Shown piece after piece: positions 1 through 12,974 of a DNA stretch of 64,000 bases. The DNA is from Eledone cirrhosa (Eukaryota), in the NCBI GenBank assembly GCA_964016885.1, contig OZ024743.1, positions 253,084,001 to 253,148,000 of the forward strand, in the 5' to 3' direction. Position 1 is the first letter of the stretch. Every line of letters begins with the position of its first letter. The notes beneath the pieces were generated by a model. That model did no database searches. It worked only from the letters and a program-made list of their open reading frames with translations, and was not told the DNA's origin. The position numbers and the translations under genes are program-made.

Positions 1-3000
1 ATAAGAGTGTTTAAATATCGAACCTAAACAGTTCGAATAACGGTGAAATGGAGACTAGAGCGTCATGTGACAGACTCTCACCCAACAGGTGCTCCCTGGC
101 TCAGCAGCAGGAACCTGGCTGTCAACCAAATACTGCTGGTGTCGGAGGAAGAAGAAGGAAGGAAAGGGACCAGAACCAACTGGACGAAAGAATTGAATAG
201 AACTGTTATGCAATGTTACCTGAAAAGTAACCCCAAGGAGAGGGGCTATAGGAGACGGATGCAGAACATCTGGAACGAGATTGGTCTATTTAAATGAGAT
301 GAACAAAAATTGGCCGGGCAGGCTCGGGTAATAAGAACTAATGGGTGGATGAGCGAGCAGGAACTGGAGGAACTGAGCAGAGAGATTAGCTTGGAGATGG
401 AGGGTGGAGTATGCCAGGCAAACGAGCCAGTGGGAAATGAATTTGAAGAGGTCGAGAGAACGGAGGAACCACCCGAAGCAGACAATGATCTGAATAGTGA
501 GATAAATAATACCTGGAACAGAGATACGGCCACTGAGGAGATGAATGCTGACGGGCTAGGACAAGATTTGGTTGATATCCTAAACTTAGTGGTAGATGAA
601 ATGAACAATGATAGTGGGAGACCTATGAACCTAAGATTTGTAGACAGGAAAAAGTTAAAAGAAACAATAGCTAAGGTAAACAAAGTCATCCCATACCTTG
701 AGGCGAGGACCCTTCACCAGTGCAACAATATCCTCAAAGCAACAGCAAATACGGTGAGGAAACTACTTGGTATAAAAGCGAGAGGAAACAACAGACGAGA
801 AAGAGCAGAGCCTTGGTGGAAGAAACGACTGAGTGGTCAAATCAGGGAAATGAGAAATGACATTGGAAAGCTTGAGTCACTACTGAATGGGATACTAAAA
901 AACATAAGCACTAAAAATAGACTGGTAATAAAGTACAAAACTAGGAGGAAAAAGCTAAATATTATCATAGAGGAACTGAAGCAACGCATTGTAGCAAATA
1001 GTGCAAAAATCAGGCGATACGAGAACAGTCAGTCAGTATAAACAGAACCGCTTGTTCGACAACAACCAGAAGATGCTGTTTGGACAGCTTGAGGGGAAAG
1101 AAAGAGGCAACGACTTGATCCCTGAGGCGGAACAAACTAAAACATTCTGGAGAGGAATATGGGTGCAGGATGTTAGACATAATGACCAGGCAGGGTGGAT
1201 TGAGACAGTAGAGAGGGAGATCGGTGAGCAGGCACACCAACAAACTGATTTGAGTATCACAGTTGAAACTCTTAAGGGGCAGGCCAAAAAACTAACCAAC
1301 TGGAAATCACCAGGCCAAGATGGTGTGAAGGGGTATTGGATTAAACATTTAACATCCCTCCACCCGAAACTGACAACCATGTTCAATGACTGCTTGATGT
1401 CAGGTGAGGTACCAGAGTGGTTGACAAAAGGTACCACAGTTCTGATAATGAAAGACCGAATCAAGGGCAGTGATGTTACCAACTATAGACCTATCACATG
1501 TCTGTCCGTAATGTCGAAAATTCTGACGAGCATTGTGTCTGAGGAAATCTACCATCACCTCCACACAAACAACTTATTACCGGACGAACAGAAAGGATGC
1601 CGAAAGAAGTCACGTGGTACAAAGGACCAGTTACTTATTGATAATATGGTAATGGGGAATTGCAGGAGGAGACACACTGATCTTGCCATGGGATGGATAG
1701 ACTACAGAAAGGCATTTGACATGGTGCCTCATTCTTGGATCACCAAAAGCCTGGAGATCTCCAAGGTGGCGGATAACATCAGACAGTTGCTGGGCAGGAG
1801 TATTAGGTCCTGGGAAACAGAGTTGACATCAACTGGAGAATCCTTGGGAAGCGTGAAGATCAAGAGAGGTATCGTCCTGGTAGATAGCCTGTCCCCTCTA
1901 TTTGTTGTCCTTGCCCTGATGCCCCTGACCATTATGCTGTGAAAAGTGAGAGCAGGATACAAGTTGGGAAAGGGAGAGCTTACCATCAATCACCTCCTCG
2001 TCATGGACGATCTTAAGCTCTTCGGGAAGAGTGAGAAGGAGTTGGATGTGCTTGTTGACACTGTCCGTATTTTCGGCAGTGATATATGTATGCAGTTTGG
2101 TATTAGTAAGTGTGGAGTCATTATGATGAGGAGGGGTAGGTTGAGCAGAAGTAACGGAATCCAGATACCAACAGGTGAGATGATAAAGGAAATTGACTCT
2201 GAGGAAGGATACAAGTATTTGGGCGTTCTGGAAGCTGATGGCATAACGAAAAAAAATATGAAGGAATTGTTAAGAACTGAATACATTCGGAGAATAAGGA
2301 GCGTATTGAAGTCACATCTGAACAGCAGAAATGCCATAAGCGCAGTAAATTCCCGAGCTGTGTCTATTATTAGGTACAGTGCGGGAATTCTGAGATGGAA
2401 TGTTGCTGAACAAAAAGAAATGGATAGGAAGACTAGGAAGCTATTGACTATCTACAACATGTTCCACAAGAGGAGTGATGTCGATAGACTCTACCTAAGG
2501 AGATCTGAGGGGGGAAGAGGTCTTATCAGCATAGAGGACTGTGTTCAGATGGAGAAAAACAACCTACACAAATACGTGACTGATAGTAAGGAGCCAATGC
2601 TCAGAACTGTACTGAAGGAGGGGACAATAGGCCAGGGGATGTCCAAGGAGGAAATAACATCAAGGAGAAAGAGCAGCCTTCAGGGAGAATCCCTTCATAG
2701 TACCTTCTTTGAGAAAACTGAATTTAGAGATCCACAGACATGGAACTGGTTGAGAAGATGAGACCTCAAAACGTCTACAGAAGGAATGTTAATGGCTGCG
2801 CAGGAGGAGGCCCTCAAAACGAAGTGGTTGGAACACCATATTTACAAGGAAGAGGCTAGCCCACTGTGCAGGATCTGTGGAGAGAGAGAAGAGACTGTGG
2901 CTCACATTGTATCCGAGTGTAAACACCTAGCCCAGACCCACTATAAGGGCTGGAGACATGATGTGATGGGCAGGGTGATCCACTGGCACCTGTGCAAAGT

Positions 3001-3512
3001 AAACAATTTACCACATTCTGAGAAATGGTATGAGCATAAGCCAGGGGCGGTGATGGAGAACGATCAGGTGAAGGTGCTGTGGGATTTTAGGATACAGACG
3101 GACAAAAAACTGGAACACAATAGACCTGACGTGGTGGTTGTGGACAAAGGAAAAATATCGTGTCTGATTGTGGATGTGGCCTGCCCATTCGACACGAGAG
3201 TGCAAGAGAAGGAGAGGGAGAAAATTAACCGATACCAAGACTTAAAGTGGGAGGTAAAAAGGATTTGGAACTGCCATGAAGTCAAAGTGATCCCGATTGT
3301 CATAGGCGCACTGGGGACTATCTCCAAAAGTTTCCAGGGATGGTTAAAGAAAATCGGCCCCTTCACGCTTTTTGGAACGCTTCAAATGGCATGCTTGCAG
3401 GGAACAGCAAGAACCCTCCGATACGTCCTGAATATCTGAGGCTGCAGGTAGTGGCTTGATATTCATACCTACGGACTTTCCAGTTAACTAACATCAATGA
3501 CTGAGGTTCAAG

Positions 3513-3546
<34 letters not shown>
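1..3546 (+). mobile_element. R4/Dong-clade non-LTR retrotransposon (RT + restriction-like endonuclease), copy 1; 5' UTR start lies outside the window
   Basis: ORF pieces 43-297, 310-1041, 1001-1942, 1946-2761 and 2786-3439 form one disrupted ORF: [25 protein letters not shown], knuckle [39 protein letters not shown]. Ends in (AAT)n at about 3514-3546. (TAA)n targeting is known for Dong. Confidence 0.9.
43..3439 (+). pseudogene. Disrupted RT-RLE polyprotein of Dong copy 1
   Basis: In-frame TGA stops near 296, 1940 and 2759 plus a frameshift near 1030; sister copies have sense codons (TTA, CGA, GGA) at the stop positions. Confidence 0.88.
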
Positions 3547-3547
<1 letters not shown>

Positions 3548-3789
3548 TTTTCTTTATTAACCACAAGGGTTTACATGACGTAGACATTAAGGACAGTACA
3601 TGACAATACAGGACGGTACAAATGGGCATTTCTGCGTGTAAAAAAAGAGAGGATGTAATAAAATAACAAAGAAAAATTCCCCAATAGGGGGGAGACTTCT
3701 GGGGGACATTTGTGGAGAAAGCCCAGTAAAAGGCCACAGTGACCCTGACCACCAAGGCAAGTGCCCTCTCCCAGTTTTCCACCTTTAAT

Positions 3790-6700
3790 TTACAGACACA
3801 TACTCAGAGTAGGCCCATTCACTCGGGCCATTCTTGCTTCTCTCACCCATCTTTCAACAAAATGCTGGGAAGAGAGCACTTCCCTTTCTACCCTGATTTT
3901 CCTTTTGAAATGAAATTTAAAAAAGTTACTCAGGGCATCACCGAAGAGGTAAAGCTCGTCTTTAGCCCTTTCAAACATGTCCACCATACTATCTCTTTCG
4001 CCATGGCCACCGGACAGATAAAAACTGCCTGCCCTTCCCGGCTAAAGGAAGAGGGCGCGGCAATCCTCACGATGGACTCAGGTGATAGCCGGATCCGGCC
4101 TACACGTGACAGCAGGTGTTCGACATAAACCCACAAGTCAGCAATTTTCGGACACTGGAAGAGTGTGTGCAGGACGGTTTCGTCGTCTGCGCGCATCTCG
4201 GACATGCTCGGCTGACGGCACCTCTATGCCAGTAGAGTTTATCTCGAACTGGCAAGGCTCCTCGGTAGCGCTGCCAGGCCAGAGATTTCTGGAAGTTGTC
4301 CATAGGCCCGGCCCGAAAGTTCATCCGAAGAAATTGGCTAGATGATTTTCGTCGACGCCTAGAGTTTCCCCAAGCACGTCGTCGCTCTTCCCCTCCACTA
4401 ATCCTCTATAGAACGCCGAGGTGGAGTTTCCACCGATCACATTCCCCGATTGGTCGAGGGCTGTGAGCGCCTGAAGACATTCCAGTCTCCAAGCGCTCCC
4501 TCTCGGTCTTCGCTTGACCCAGGACTGCAGCTCCGTCAAGGAAACGAGCTGGGTAAATACGTGTCTAGCAAATGGCTACCACAACTGATCACCGTCGAGG
4601 AAGAGGTGGAGATGTCGTAGCCTGAGCGCGTGTCTGCGCATCATCAGCCACGGCATGCCCAGCCCTCCACTTAGCGGGTGTTGACAACAGATGGACCACC
4701 TGACCATCGGAGCGCGTCCCTTCCACAAAAAGCGAAAGAGCAAACGCTCCAGAGCAGTCAGGCGGTAGAAGATGACAGACGCGATGTACGCGTTAGCTAT
4801 CTCCGCTCGACCTTTCAGGGATAGCTTCCTCTCCGCCCATTTCTGGGTGAGAGAAGCCACCCTGCTCGTAACCTCGTTCCAGTTTTTGTCCGTCTGGAGA
4901 ACCGGACCGAACCAGACCCCGAGCAATTTAACTGGACCGTCCGTCCAGCGCCCGACGACGCTGTTGGACGGCATGGACCTGCCTCTCCAGGTGCCGAGCT
5001 GCAGGTTCACTGACTTTTCCTGGTTGATCATTGCTCCTGTCACCGCTTCGTATTCTCTTAGTGTAGTACCGATAGCCTCGATGTGTTTGGCGTTCGACAC
5101 CACTACGGTGACATCATCCGCATATGCTGACACGGAACTTCCACATCCTAGTTCGCGCGGGACCCCCTTCAACGTCTCCAGTTTGTGCAGTAATGGCTCG
5201 AGAGTCAATACGTACAAGAGGGACGAGAGGGGACATCCTAGCGGACCGAGCGCATGATGTTGAACGGTTCCGAAAGGTGACCGTTCACTCTCACAACAGA
5301 GCAGATGTCGCTGTGCATGGCAGCGATCCAGCCTCTGAAGACGGGCCCAAAGCCAGCCGCCCTCAGGACTGCCGCTAGGTAACGATGGTCGACCCTATTG
5401 AAAGCTTTCGACTGATCTAAATTGATCAAGGACCCACCCGTGCCAGGTTCCCTAGCTACCTTCTCTACGATGTATCGCATGAGGTGGAGGTTGTCGTGGA
5501 TGGATCTATCGGGAATGGCGCATGTCTGTGCCTTACCCACCAGACCACCAACGACAAGCGCCAAATCTCTGCTAGCACCTTGGCCAATATCTTGAACTCT
5601 GTGTTAAGCAGAGTTATGTGCCTAAAATTGTGTATGTTATCCCCCTTGTTCGGATCCTTTCTCAGCAGCGCCACAGCTCCTCGGCTCACAGAGCTGGGAA
5701 TTCTCCCGTTCTGCTGCCAGTTGCAGTAGACGTCCGCCAAGAATCCTCCGAACAAGTCTGGCATCTGTACGTAAAGTTCATAGGGCAGACCATCCAAACC
5801 AGGCGAATTACCCCTTGTGCAGCCAGTCATTGCCTCCCGTACTCAGCGGCTGTTATCGGCTTTTCGCAACACTCCGCCAGTGGCCGAGAGCCGCGGCAGT
5901 CCGTTGAGGTAGACACTAAAGTCCATCCCTCGACCCGCCCCGGCGCTGCCCCCGAACAACTGAGCGAAGTGTCGCTGAAAAGCTTCACACAATTTCCCGG
6001 TATCGTGTAGCATGCGACCGTCGTGGTCCACCAAAGACGGGATCGTGGCTTTGTTGCCACGACGCGCCTCCGCCACTCCGGCCCATTGAACGGCTTTCGT
6101 TCCCCCGTGTCTGAGAGCACGCACCCTAGCTCTGACAACGCAGCCTTCGTGCTTTGCATTGAAGAATTGGTCAAGGGCCAATTTCGCCGCAAGTACGTCG
6201 GTCGCGATGCCTTTGCTAAGCGCCTCGTCTAATTTTCAAACTAATTCTCCCTATGCTCTATTTTTCTCTCTTCCTAAAGCCTTACTAAACCTAATGGACT
6301 CTATTCTAATTGCTCTTTTCAGAGCAAACCACCACTTGTTGTTGACGACGGCCCCCGTCAACGCCCGCTTAACTAGTTCGCTAATCCGGGCTCTGTAGGC
6401 CTTGTGCGCTGGTAAGGACGCGTTTAGCTTCCAGTAGCCGGGTCCTCGTCTATGAAGCCTATCTAAGTCAAGCACACAGATCACGAATTTGTGGTCCGTG
6501 TAGCTGACTATCTTGAATCGTGGACAGCCTATGCTAGACCTATCTATTTCCCTACAAAATACTCTATCTAGATATGATCTGGATGACCCGATACGATTTG
6601 TCCAAGTCCACATTGGCACATTCGGTAAATCCAATCGGTACCTGTCAGTCATGTCAAAACGCCTGAGCAGGTTGGTAAGGCTATTGCACCCTCCTCCCCT

Positions 6701-7171
6701 ATCCGCTAATCTCACACAGTCCCAGCATGCATCTAAGATCCCGTTCCAGTCGCCACTAACACTATAGAGCGGGACATTCCAAGAAAGGTCTCCAGACGCC
6801 GGAAGAAATCGGGCCGCCCTGCTCCCGTCGGAGCATAGACGGCCACTAGCCTGAAAGCTTGCCCTTTTCCGCTGGTCACGACTAGCACCACCAACTTACC
6901 CTCTGGGTCCAGGAAGATGGCCCGTATGGCGAGATCCAAACCTCTCCGAAAAAGCACAGCAACTCCTTCCCCCCGATCCCGGACGGCTGGGAGATGCGTA
7001 CACATCGTAGCCGCCGAAGAACGGTGCGGAGGCCCGTGCTTCGGAGATTCTGGTCTCGCTGATGGCCACTACATCTATGTTTAGTGACCTGAGGTCGTTG
7101 AGCAGGTAGCCCTGCTTCCATGACGTCCCCAAGCCACGCGCATTTATGCTGCCTATTCCGAGTGAGGTCAT
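3790..7171 (-). pseudogene. Tx1-like ORF2 (AP endonuclease + RT + C-terminal zinc finger), many frameshifts
   Basis: Consecutive minus-strand ORF pieces 6896-7171, 6733-7005, 6251-6715, 5843-6181, 5465-5830, 5238-5564, 4576-5217, 4100-4324, 3930-4205 and 3790-3987. Confidence 0.88.
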
Positions 7172-7342
7172 GTTGAAATGGAGAGGAAAAGATGGGAAGG
7201 ACCACTTACCTTACTTCTCGTAGAGGAAGGATGGTTTGTCCATCCTTTTCACTGCTTGTGGCCTCCTCCGGAAGGATGTCCTTATAAATCCTCCTGGAGA
7301 GTGTTTGTCAGAAGTCTCCGATGTCTTTGGGGAATTTTTGTT

Positions 7343-9162
7343 TTAGTGTCGTGTATGTTTTCTGTGTGATGCGAGTAATTTGTATGTGTGGAGGTGGTGT
7401 GAACTTTTGGGTTGTTGTGTAGTCTTTTTCTGTGATGCTGGTGTTGTGTTGCATGTAGTGTAATAATTGTTGTTGTTCAAATTTAATGCTGTGTAGTGTG
7501 TATCGTTTTGGTTGTATTGTTTTGCTGGCGTTTGTTGTGGGTTTGTTTCTGTTACGCTTTTTGGTGACTTTTGTGGTGTTGGCGATGGTGGGGTTGGGGT
7601 TAATGATGGTGATGGTGTTGGTGATTGTGGTGATGGGGTTGGTGATACTGGTGTGGATGGTGGCATATCTGTCTTAACTTTCTTGTTTGATAATTTATTT
7701 GTTTCGCTCTGTATTTTGTTTTTGGAGGGGGTAGGAATATAATTTTTTTCTTTTTTGGTTTCTTTTTTTTTTCTTTTTTCCTGATACCGTTTCCCACTCC
7801 TCGTCGTCACAATCTGTCTCCAGTTGCGATAAGCCGGGGAGTGGAAAATCCTCGACAGGCGTTGGTTTTGGTTGTGGCGTGGTGGATGGTGTAGGCGCTG
7901 GTGCTAGTTCTGGGGCGTTGGGTGGTGGTGGTGTTGGTTTTGTTACTGTTGCTGGGGTTGTTGCTGTTACAGTTGCTTCTGTTTTTGCTGCTACAGTTGT
8001 TGCTGCCATTTCTGCTGCTGGTGGTGTTGATGGTTGACTCACTGGGGTGGGTAAGAGAGATGGCCTCAACTTTTTAGCCTGAGGGTAGAAAGCCCTTAGG
8101 TGGGTTACTTCACCACAAACGATACACCTAGGTCTTCTGCCCTCGACGATTACGTTGAGGTGGCTGTCGTCAGTGAGGTCTATTACCTCTGGGATCTCCT
8201 CAATGCTTTTATAGTCCGCTTGGATCAGGTGCTCTATCCCAGATCCGGACCAGTTCTCCTGCTTTTCTTTTGCTATTTCTATTATTTTGGTGTTGGCCTC
8301 GGTGCTGGCGTGGACGGCAGCCATTAGCCAGGGAATTTTGATGGCCGGTGGAACGTGGGTCACCCTGATCTTCACAAGTCTCTGGCCACAATAGCTTGGG
8401 ATGAGTGTGAAGTCGTCACTTCTTAATGGAGCCATGGAGTGTTCTCTGGCCTCCTGTGGTGTTTCAAAGAACACGTCCACGGTTCCATACTTCTGCCCAC
8501 GTCTGATGTGGGTTTTTTTTGTACACACATGTCCCAAAACTTTTTGTATTTGGGACTCGGATGCCCGTTCCACTCGGCGCGATTTTATGTTTATTGTCCG
8601 ATAAGACACGGTGCCTAGGCGACGTTGGTCCATTTTATTAGGTGTGTGTGTGTGGGGGGGGGGGGATGACCTTGTACCCATCTTTCTTTACCATTCCTTT
8701 GGCTTCTTCTAATTCCTCCTGAGTTACCTGGATCGCTTCGCACGTTTTTGCTACTCTGGCAAAACTCAGGGTAGTTTTCTTAATTTCATTGTTGCTGTTG
8801 TTGTTATCGTTATTTTTGCTATTGTTAATTTTAGTTTCAGTTGTGGTGGTGGTGGCGTCAGTGGTGTTCGGTGTGGAAGAGTTCATTTTGGTTGAATTCA
8901 TTTCGATATCACGAGTTAAATTATTTCTTTCTTTTGTTTCTGTTGTCGCTGTGGTGGTGGGGGTGGGGGTTGTCGTGGTGGTTGTGGTGGTGGTGGTGGC
9001 GGCTTTAACACCTGCAGTCATTGGTAATGGCGGGAAATAAATGTCTGCCTGAGACAAATTTAATATATTGCTACTGCTTACAACCCCAGTTTTGGCAAAC
9101 GTAGCAATATTTACAATGGTGGTGTCGGTGTGAGGTGTTGGATTGTGAGGATGGAGTGACAC
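7343..9162 (-). pseudogene. Tx1-like ORF1 (gag-like, Thr/Pro/Asn-rich, degenerate zinc knuckle)
   Basis: ORF pieces 8638-9162, 7695-8681 and 7343-7810; VEGRRPRCIVCGEVTHLRAFYP (CX2CX4HX4C with last C->Y); lies upstream of ORF2; frameshifts fall at homopolymer runs. Confidence 0.7.
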
Positions 9163-9390
9163 TGAGTCATGTATTTTTTTTCAGAGAAACAAATTTTGTT
9201 TGATAATTATAAAAAGTTTAAATTTTGGGCTCAAGGCCCCAATATTTTTGAGTGTCCTTTTCAGAAATCACTGTATGTGCAGTCATATACAGTTAACAAT
9301 AAAAATTTTCCATAATTGGCAATTTTAAACAACTGAAAATAACAAACTTTTGCGGAGCTCACGATGATACGATTTACTGCGTAGGTCGCC

Positions 9391-9447
<57 letters not shown>
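9391..9447. repeat. (AAT)n microsatellite between the Tx1 5' end and Dong copy 2
   Basis: Perfect AAT array read directly. Confidence 0.98.
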
Positions 9448-9449
<2 letters not shown>

Positions 9450-11587
9450 CTGCTTGGTGTCGGGTGAGGTGCCAGAGTGGTTGACAAAAGGTACCACAGT
9501 TCTGATAATGAAAGACCGAATCAAGGGTAATGATGTTGTCAGCTGTAGACCTATCACATGTCTGTCCGTAATGTGGAAACTGTTGACGAGCATTGTGTCT
9601 GAGGAAATCTACCATCACCTCCACACAAACAACTTGTTACCGCACGAACAGAAAGGATGCCGAAAGAAGTCACGTGGTACAAAGGACCAGTTACTTATTG
9701 ATAAGATGGCAATGGGGAATTGCAGGAGGAGACACACTGGTCTTGCCATGGGATGGATAGACTACAGAAAGGCATTTGACATGGTGCCTCATTCTTGGAT
9801 CACCAAAAGCCTGGAGATCTTCAGGGTGGCAGATAACATCAGACAGTTGCTGGGCAGCAGTATTGGGTCCTGGGAGACAGAGTTGACATCAACTGGAGTA
9901 TCCTTGGGAAGCGTGAAGATCAAGAGAGGTATCTTCCAGGGAGATAGCCTGTCCCCTCTGTTGTTTGTCCTTGCCCTGATGCCCTTGACCATTATGCTGC
10001 GAAAAGTGAGAGCAGGATACAAGTTGGGAAAGGGAGAGCTTACCATAAATCACCTCCTCTTCATGGACGATCTTAAGCTCTTCGGGAAAAGTGAGAAGGA
10101 GTTGGATGTGCTTGTTGACACTGTCCGTATTTTCAGCAGTGATATATGTATGCAGTTTGGTATTAGTAAATGTGGAGTCATTGTGATGAGGAGGGGTAGG
10201 TTGAGCAGAAGTAACGGGATCCAGATACCAACAGGTGAGATGATAACAGAAATTGACTCTGAGGAAGGATACAAGTATTTGGGCGTTCTGGAAGCTGATG
10301 GCATAAAGAACAAAAAAATGAATGAATTGTTAAGAACTGAATACATTCGCAGAGTAAGGAGCGTATTGAAGCCACATCTGAACAGCAGAAATGCCATAAG
10401 CGCAGTAAATTCCCGAGCTGTGTCTATTATTAGGTACAGTGCGGGAATTCTGAGATGGAATGTTGCTGAACAAAAAGAAATGGATAGGAAGACTAGGAAG
10501 CTATTGACTATCTACAACATGTTCCACAAGAGGAGTGATGTCGATAGACTCTACCTAAGGAGATCTGAGGGTGGAAGAGGTCTTATCAGCATAGAGGACT
10601 GTGTTCAGATGGAGAAAAACAACCTATACAAATACGTGACCTATAGTAAGGAGCCAATGCTCAGAACTGTACTGAAGGAGGGGACAGTAGGCCAGGGGAT
10701 GTCCAAGGAGGAAATATCATCAAGGAGGAAGAGCAGCCTTAAGGGAAAATCCCTTCATAGTACCTTCTTTGAGAAAACTGAATTTAGAGATCCACAGACA
10801 TGGAACTGGTTGAGAAGAGGAGACCTCAAAAAGGCTACAGAAGGAATGCTAATGGCTGCGCAGGAGCAGGCCCTCAAAACGAAATGGTTGAAGCACCATA
10901 TTTACAAGGAGGAGGCTAACCCACTGTGCAGGATCTGTGGAGAGAGAGATAGGAGACTGTGGCTCACATTGTCTCGGAGTGTAAACACCTAGCCCAGACC
11001 CACTATAAGGGCTGGAGACACGATGTGATGGGCAGGGTGATCCACTGGCACCTGTGCAAAGTAAACAATTTACCACATTCTGAGAAATGGTATGAGCATA
11101 GGCCAGAGGTGGTGATGGAGAACAATCAGGTGAAGGTGCTCTGGGATTTTAGGATACAGACGGACAAAAAACTGGAACACAATAGACCTGAGCTGGTGGT
11201 TGTGGACAAAGAAAAAAGATCGTGTCTGATTGTGGATGTGGCCTGCCCTTTCGACACGAGAGTGCAAGCGAAGGAGAGGGAGAAAATTAACCGATACCAG
11301 GACCTAAAGTGGGAGGTGAAAAGGATTTGGAACTGCCATGAAGTCAAAGTGATCCCGATTGTCATAGGCGCACTGGGGACTATCTCCAAAAGTTTCCAGG
11401 GGTGGTTAAAGAAAATCGGCCCCTTCACGCTTTTTGGAACGCTTCAAAAGGCATGCCTGCTTGGAACAGCAAGAATCCTCCGATACGTCCTGAATATCTG
11501 AGGCTGCAGGTAGTGGCTTGATATTCATTCCAACGGACTTTCCAGTTAACCAACATCAATGACTGAGATTCAAGGAATAACAACAAC

Positions 11588-11631
<44 letters not shown>
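9448..11631 (+). mobile_element. R4/Dong element copy 2, 5'-truncated
   Basis: Highly similar to 1389-3546. ORF 9454-10992 has intact RT motifs [14 protein letters not shown] and FMDD; frameshift near 10950; RLE ORF 10959-11501; (AAT)n tail. Confidence 0.92.
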
Positions 11632-11632
<1 letters not shown>

Positions 11633-12139
11633 CTGAGAAGTGGTATGAGTACAAGCCAGAGTCGGTGATAGAAAACGATCAGGTGAAGGAGCTGTGTGAT
11701 TTTACGATACAGACGGACAAGAAACTGGAACACAATAGACCTGACCTGGTGGTTTTGGACAAGGAAAAAAGATCGTGCCTGATTGTGGATATGGCCTGCC
11801 CATTCGACACGAGAGTGCAAGAGAAGGAGAGGGAGAAAATTAACCGATACCAGGACTTAAAGTGGGAGGTAAAAAAAAAAAGCATTTGGAACTGCCATGA
11901 AGTCAAAGTGGTCCCGATTGTCATAGGCGCACTAGACACTATCTTAAAAAGTTTCAGGGATGGTTAAAGAAAATTGGCCCCGCCATGCTTTTTGGAACGT
12001 TTCAAAAGGTATGCTTGCTGGGAACAGCAAGAACCCTCCGATACGTCCTGAATATCTGAGGCTGCAGGTAGTGGCTTGATATTAATTTCAACAAACTTTC
12101 CAGTTAACTAACATCAATGACTGAGACTCAAAGAACAAC

Positions 12140-12184
<45 letters not shown>
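11632..12184 (+). mobile_element. R4/Dong element copy 3, short 3' fragment (RLE + 3' UTR)
   Basis: HNRPDLVVLDK..DMACPFD; 3' UTR matches the copy 4 variant; (AAT)n on both sides. Confidence 0.9.
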
Positions 12185-12974
12185 CAAAAGTCTAAACACC
12201 CAAATATGCATGTTTAGGTGTATGTATGTTCTTTCTTGAACATGGCGGAGCTTGTTGTCTCTTGAGGTCACTGGTTGTGACTTGGTGATAACTCGTATGA
12301 ACATAAAGCAAGATAAATGCAGCTGTAATAATAATAATAATAGTAATAATAATAATGATGGGAAGAAAACGAACATGGTGGATATATATCATTATGGAAT
12401 CGCTCCCGTAAGTTTTTGATTTTTACTTATTTGAAACAACTGTGATAGAATAATTCATATTACAAATGAAATATAAGATTACAGTTTGGACCCTCAGCAA
12501 GCGGCCACGCATCACATTACGGCATAGGTCCCCAGAAATGTTATAGTCGAATAAGTGAAAAATGGCTAAGTGGACAGACAGGCAAATAATTTCACTACCA
12601 ACACCACCACCGCCACCATCACCACTACCACGCAAAATCTCTAGTCAAGTTACCTCAACTTCTATTTCTTCTTCAACTTCAACACCATCACTACAGTACT
12701 ACGATCACATCACCACCACCACTCCCTCATTATCGCTACCGCCACTATTCTCCCCCAGTATATCCTGCTAAGACACTAAATGAGGAAGGCATCAAAAGAT
12801 AAATAGACTGATTTGATGACCCGGTCAAAAAATCAAAAAATAAAAAATAAAAATAAAAACAGCACAGCAGCAACGAAAAACTAAGTCAGACATTCAAACA
12901 TTACATTACAATGAAACTTATGCTTATTTTTGGTTTTTTTTACCTATTTGTTTGTTTGTTTATTTATATTCGTC

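Larger units (their letters stand above)
3547..9390 (-). mobile_element. Full-length L1/Tx1-clade LINE (ORF1 gag-like + ORF2 APE-RT), flanked by (AAT)n on both sides
   Basis: APE motifs SINARGL, AISETR, VAVYAP, SYLDRVF, YTDH; RT motifs SPGLDG, LDQSKAFNRVDH, AYADD; C-terminal CPRC..ETVLHTLFQC. The minus-strand 3' end reads CCCTTGTGGTTAATAAAGAAAAC(ATT)n, and the 5' end abuts (AAT)n at 9391. Confidence 0.88.

Noticed and set aside
296-2761. Three in-frame TGA codons in Dong copy 1 as selenocysteine or readthrough
   Set aside because: Sister copies have TTA, CGA and GGA at these positions, none of them Cys; these are ordinary nonsense mutations.
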